A stretch of 41,956 bases of DNA from Conidiobolus incongruus B7586. Its lineage: Eukaryota. The position numbers were made by a program, and so were the translations under genes. Every line of letters begins with the position of its first letter. The first letter of the stretch is position 1. Shown piece after piece: positions 37,855 through 41,956 of the stretch. The stretch is from assembly GCA_000697335.1 (NCBI GenBank), contig JNEM01010272.1:1-41956 (forward strand), in the 5' to 3' direction. The notes beneath the pieces are model-generated. The model was not told the origin of the DNA. It did not search any database and saw only the letters and a list, made by a program, of their open reading frames with translations.

Positions 37855-38403
37855 TTGTTTGATATCTAATTGAGCTGAATCTTGAAGTGGAAAAAATTAA
37901 CTCATTGCTGACGAAATGAATCAATTTATAACATTTGGAATGCATAATTCTATTTCCAACTATTTTTAGAAAGGTGAATTTTAAGTTAATATTTGATAAA
38001 ATCAATTCAGATCACTTAGAATTTAGATTCACTCATTAAATCATAAATAAACGCGCAGATCCAGGATTATACTCAAAATTTGACTGATAAATATAGCCAT
38101 ATAAATTCAGGTAAATAAGGCAATAAGAAATATATTTTTAGAACTGCTTATATTTAATTCATCTACCAAGCTCAATTTCAATTAATTTCGATTAAAACCA
38201 TAATTTTTATTAAAAAATATTCAAAATTCAAATTGTATATATCTCAATATTTAGCTAAAATATAAAAATAGATTTAATTCATTATAAAATAAACACATTC
38301 ATTTATTTTAATATCAATGTAAAATACAATATTTAATAAGTTAGTGTGCTATTAATAACCATTTCTTCGAATTTGATCTCGATTCTTAACAAATTTAATC
38401 AAA

Positions 38404-39318
38404 TCAATCTACAGCAAATAGGTTTTCCTTTCGTTCCTTATGCTTTTGCATAAGCCTTTTCTCATACAGTCTTTGACACATTTGGATAATTTCAGGTGTG
38501 TCTATTTTATGCACAATTGCTCTATTGATTTGGGGCACTGCACCTTGCTTGTTGAATTCGAATCCTATCACAGCTTCGACAAAGTCGTAGTCTAAATTCT
38601 TTAAGACAATGCGTTGGGTAGATTGGCGTGGACTGTGTTTTTGGGAAGCATGTGTAGTTAAAATAAATCTCAGTTACCGTGATTGTTTTTGGGTATTTTG
38701 ACATATTTAATCTTGGGAGGCTCTTAGAGCTTGGATTGATATTCTTCATACAAGTTGGATTTGAGAGGGTTTTCACTCTCTTTGATAATTCTTCCCATTA
38801 AGTATCAATATATTTCGATATCGGATTGAGCACAATTTTGCATCATGTACTGGATTACCACAAAAGAGACTTACTGGTTTATTTGATGGTGGTATGTATT
38901 GATTCTTGTATGGGAATTGGAATAATGTGTACAGCGGATGTATTTTAAATCCTCCAAACGCCTGTAACATCCGCTCCATTACCTGCTACTCTTACATCTG
39001 TTGTTTCTATTTAAATTTCCATGTTATTTGCGGTGCATCAACATCGAGAACTTGTGATAAAAATTCTTGGCTCAGTAATCGAGATCGAGTTAGAGTTGTG
39101 GTGGAGAGGAAGTTGACGACGTATGTTGGTATGATTTCAGAAACAAATTCAACAAATGCAAGAGCATTTGGCAATATTTTAGAAGGAAAAAGGTGGACTG
39201 AATTCAGTTAATATGATAGATCAGATTCGTCAGTTGAAGGTGCTGTGAAACTATTCGAAATTTGAATTAAATTATCATAGCTGTAAAAGGATCCAATATA
39301 TACCACGCTATACTGCAT
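38404..39318 (-). pseudogene. Degraded gene, probably an F-box protein
   Basis: Coding-like composition with an F-box-like segment (SEIIPTYVVNFLSTTTLTRSRLLSQEF), then WKFK*KQQM*E*Q with stops near 38985-39010, and later a FRLRLCRSC motif in another frame. Confidence 0.45.
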
Positions 39319-40677
39319 TATATTTATTAATATCTATCTAAATATACTATGATAAGATACTAAGGTAAATTGAATCGAACCTATCATTTACTAACGAAAT
39401 TAAATAACAATGATTCATGATCAATTGAACTCCAAATACTAAATTCCGTAAAAATCTCAAGCCGTTCATAAGATTCATAAATTGAATACTCATTAAATTC
39501 CAGCAGCCTTGTAAAATTGACTAATTCAGTTCAAAGTTATTATTATTTGAAATTAATTGGGTACTATATATGGATAACCTTTAAAAATATCATTTATATC
39601 TCATTATTACAAAATATACAACTAAGATTTTTAAATTGAAATTTGGATTTCTATTATTTTATAAAGTATATTATATAAAAATAGATTATTCTTAATTTAA
39701 AATCATATATAGAAATAAATCTCTAGATAATAATTGAATCAGCTACGCTTATAATATGTCCATTAATACTATATAATAAAATATATAATAATGTATTATT
39801 TAAAAAGTTTGGTTTTTAAATATAATATTAAAATATACCAATTTATATCAATCTTACCAAAGAAATTCTATATAAATTGGTAATTACATCTTATAGTTCT
39901 ATTAAGACTTATTTTAATCTTTTATTCCAAATATAATATAGTGGAAATAAAATAATAATAATAGAGCTCAAAAATCAAAACTCAATATAATTTTTAATAT
40001 TTAATAATCAATATTTTAAAATATTTTGGCTAAAAAAATTATTTTACTTTTTGACTATTGATAATTTTTAGTTATACTTTTAATAAGCTTTGAATTTTTA
40101 GAAAATCTTTTTTATTATCAGTTAAAATTAATTACTATATTATATAATTTAGTTTATTCCTAAAAATTTTCTTATATATATATATATATTATTTGTTTAA
40201 AATAAAAGCTATAAAATAAACTCTGATATGGTGAATATAATGAAAATATTAATAATACTCTAATTTAAAATTATTTGTTTTATTAAATTTTATCAAATAA
40301 TAAATAAAAAATTATTTTATTTAATTATATAATACTTATTCTTTATTAATTTATTTTAAAAATTAAAATTAAAATTAAAACTATTTTTAATATTAGTTTA
40401 TTTGAATATTTTATCTTAATATAAATATTAATTTCTGATATTGAAAATATATATTAAGCAAATAAACTTGAAAATAAAAATCAAATAAAAAACATAAAAT
40501 ATCATTATTTTAACTTGGATTTTTAATTATTAATTAATATAAAAATATTAAATCAAATATATCATCTTTATATATAATAATAATAATATTTTAAAAATTA
40601 AATATATTTTTTAAAAATTATAATCAAAAATAATTAAAAATATAAAAATAAAATTTTATTTAAAATAAAATTATTTA

Positions 40678-41956
40678 TATACTAACTTGCAAAAGTAAGT
40701 TATAAAATCAAAAACACTTATATTTTTATTAATAACTTAATTAATATTTAATAAAATAAACTTAAATTAAATAATTAAAATCTATTATATTTATTAATTA
40801 TATATATTATTTAAATGATGATATTTAGCTATTAATTGGTTAAAACATAAACCTTTAAATTTTACCTAGGGTAAGTTATAAATTTGTAGGTTTTTGGTGA
40901 TAAAAAAAATTAAAACCTAGTATATATATTTTTAGCTTTTTTAACTTCTTTAAGTTTATAGGGTATAGAATCAACTAACTTCTTACACTAAAAAGGGTTA
41001 ATCTTGTTTTATACTTCTTGAACATATTTTTAAAGTTAATCTAAATTTTTTATTAGGGGGAAAACTTTAATAGTTTTTTTAACTAATTTTAAAGGTGTTT
41101 AATTAGATTAAAGTTAAAAGATTAAAAAAACTACTTTATAATTATTATCTTGTTATTTTTAAGCTATTTAGTAATAAAAGCTATAATATAACAAAAAGCA
41201 TTATCTTATTAAAAAATAACATTAGATTTATTTAACCTATATTATTCAATAGTTTTTTTTAATTCATTGTTTAGAATATTTTAATATATTTCAATATTAA
41301 TTCCCCTATTAACTTTACAAAAATACCTTATACCTAAAAACAACATATATCCTTAAATAATAATTAACCTATTATTATACTTTTGGGTAAAATTAATATA
41401 ATAGTTATAAAGTAATTTGGTATCTTTTTTAAATTATCTAATTTTTTTATTAGATCTACTAAAGTATATTTTTATTTCATTAAACTAAATAACTTTACTT
41501 TAATTAGTTTTAATTTAACATTAATAGCAATATTTAAACTTTTATCTAGCTTTATAATAGGATTTCTTTAATTGGGGGTGTTTTTTCTTAAGATATAAGT
41601 GGTATCTATGCTAATATAAAGTATATATAATAATATTAGTGTTAACTAATATTTTTATATAGTTTTATAATTCCTGTTATATTTCTACAATAGTATTATA
41701 TTTACCTATCTTAACTAACCTATAAATATACTTCTTATTATGTTTATTTATAATTTTAACATATTTAAGTTTAAGTTTAAATGTTTCTTTATTATTATTC
41801 TTAATAGCTTTAACTATAGTAAACTAACTAACACTAGTAATTCTAATAATATCATAAGTTGATTTATCTTTTTTATAAAGTTAATTGATACACAAGTAGA
41901 TTTTTTTAGAGAGGGATTTAAATATAATAATACTAATAAAAAAATTTAGTATATCT
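40678..41956 (-). mobile_element. Hypermutated Tc1-family (DD34E) transposon; transposase relic ~41930 to 40910
   Basis: A single minus-strand frame reads KKHP..KAR, N*SKVI*FNEIKI (=DWSKVIWSDE.KI), VIF**DNAFCY (=VIFQQDNAPCH), K*FF*SFNFNLIKHL* (=WPPQSPDLNPIEHLW) and LVDSIP..V.KAK..TRF*. There are 34 residues between D2 and the E position. A candidate TIR, TA|TACTAACTTGCAAAAGT, lies at 40678-40697. Confidence 0.88.

Noticed and set aside
4347..39211. Numerous short antisense or overlapping ORFs (e.g. 4347, 4739, 12113, 13022, 17721, 21158, 35933, 38906)
   Set aside because: They are shadow frames of real genes or pseudogenes with no recognisable motifs.
39540..40670. Very AT-rich block as another transposon relic or centromere-like DNA
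   Set aside because: No protein motif, TIR or tandem unit could be recovered, so it is left unassigned.
1..41956. Prokaryotic features (CRISPR arrays, operons, rRNA)
   Set aside because: The sequence is spliceosomal-intron-containing eukaryotic DNA, and no repeat-spacer array or rRNA-like segment was seen.

Overview
This is AT-rich, intron-rich eukaryotic DNA with short (~50-65 nt) GT-AG introns. Gene content (INTS3, ARMC7, HAPSTR1, intersectin with C2, Arp5, Irc6/AAGAB) points to an early-diverging fungus, possibly Zoopagomycota/Conidiobolus-like; this placement is inference. Intact genes: a tandem pair of PY-motif membrane proteins, a Ser/Pro-rich protein, intersectin/Cin1, HAPSTR1-like, INTS3, ARMC7, an oxysterol-binding protein, a TBC1D14/12-like RabGAP and a small beta-trefoil-like protein. 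Decayed copies of ARP5, IRC6/AAGAB, an arrestin and probably an F-box gene lie among them. Both AT-rich ends are transposase genes saturated with C>T/G>A transitions (mariner at left, Tc1 DD34E at right), a RIP-like signature. The main highlight is the intersectin gene. Its stop codon after the second SH3 overlaps a GTAAGT donor, giving short (EH-CC-SH3-SH3) and long (+DH-PH-C2) isoforms. The 547-nt alternative intron holds a perfect GC-rich 15-bp long-range stem with nested and competing helices, a candidate RNA-structure switch. All family calls come from manual translation and recalled motifs, not database searches.
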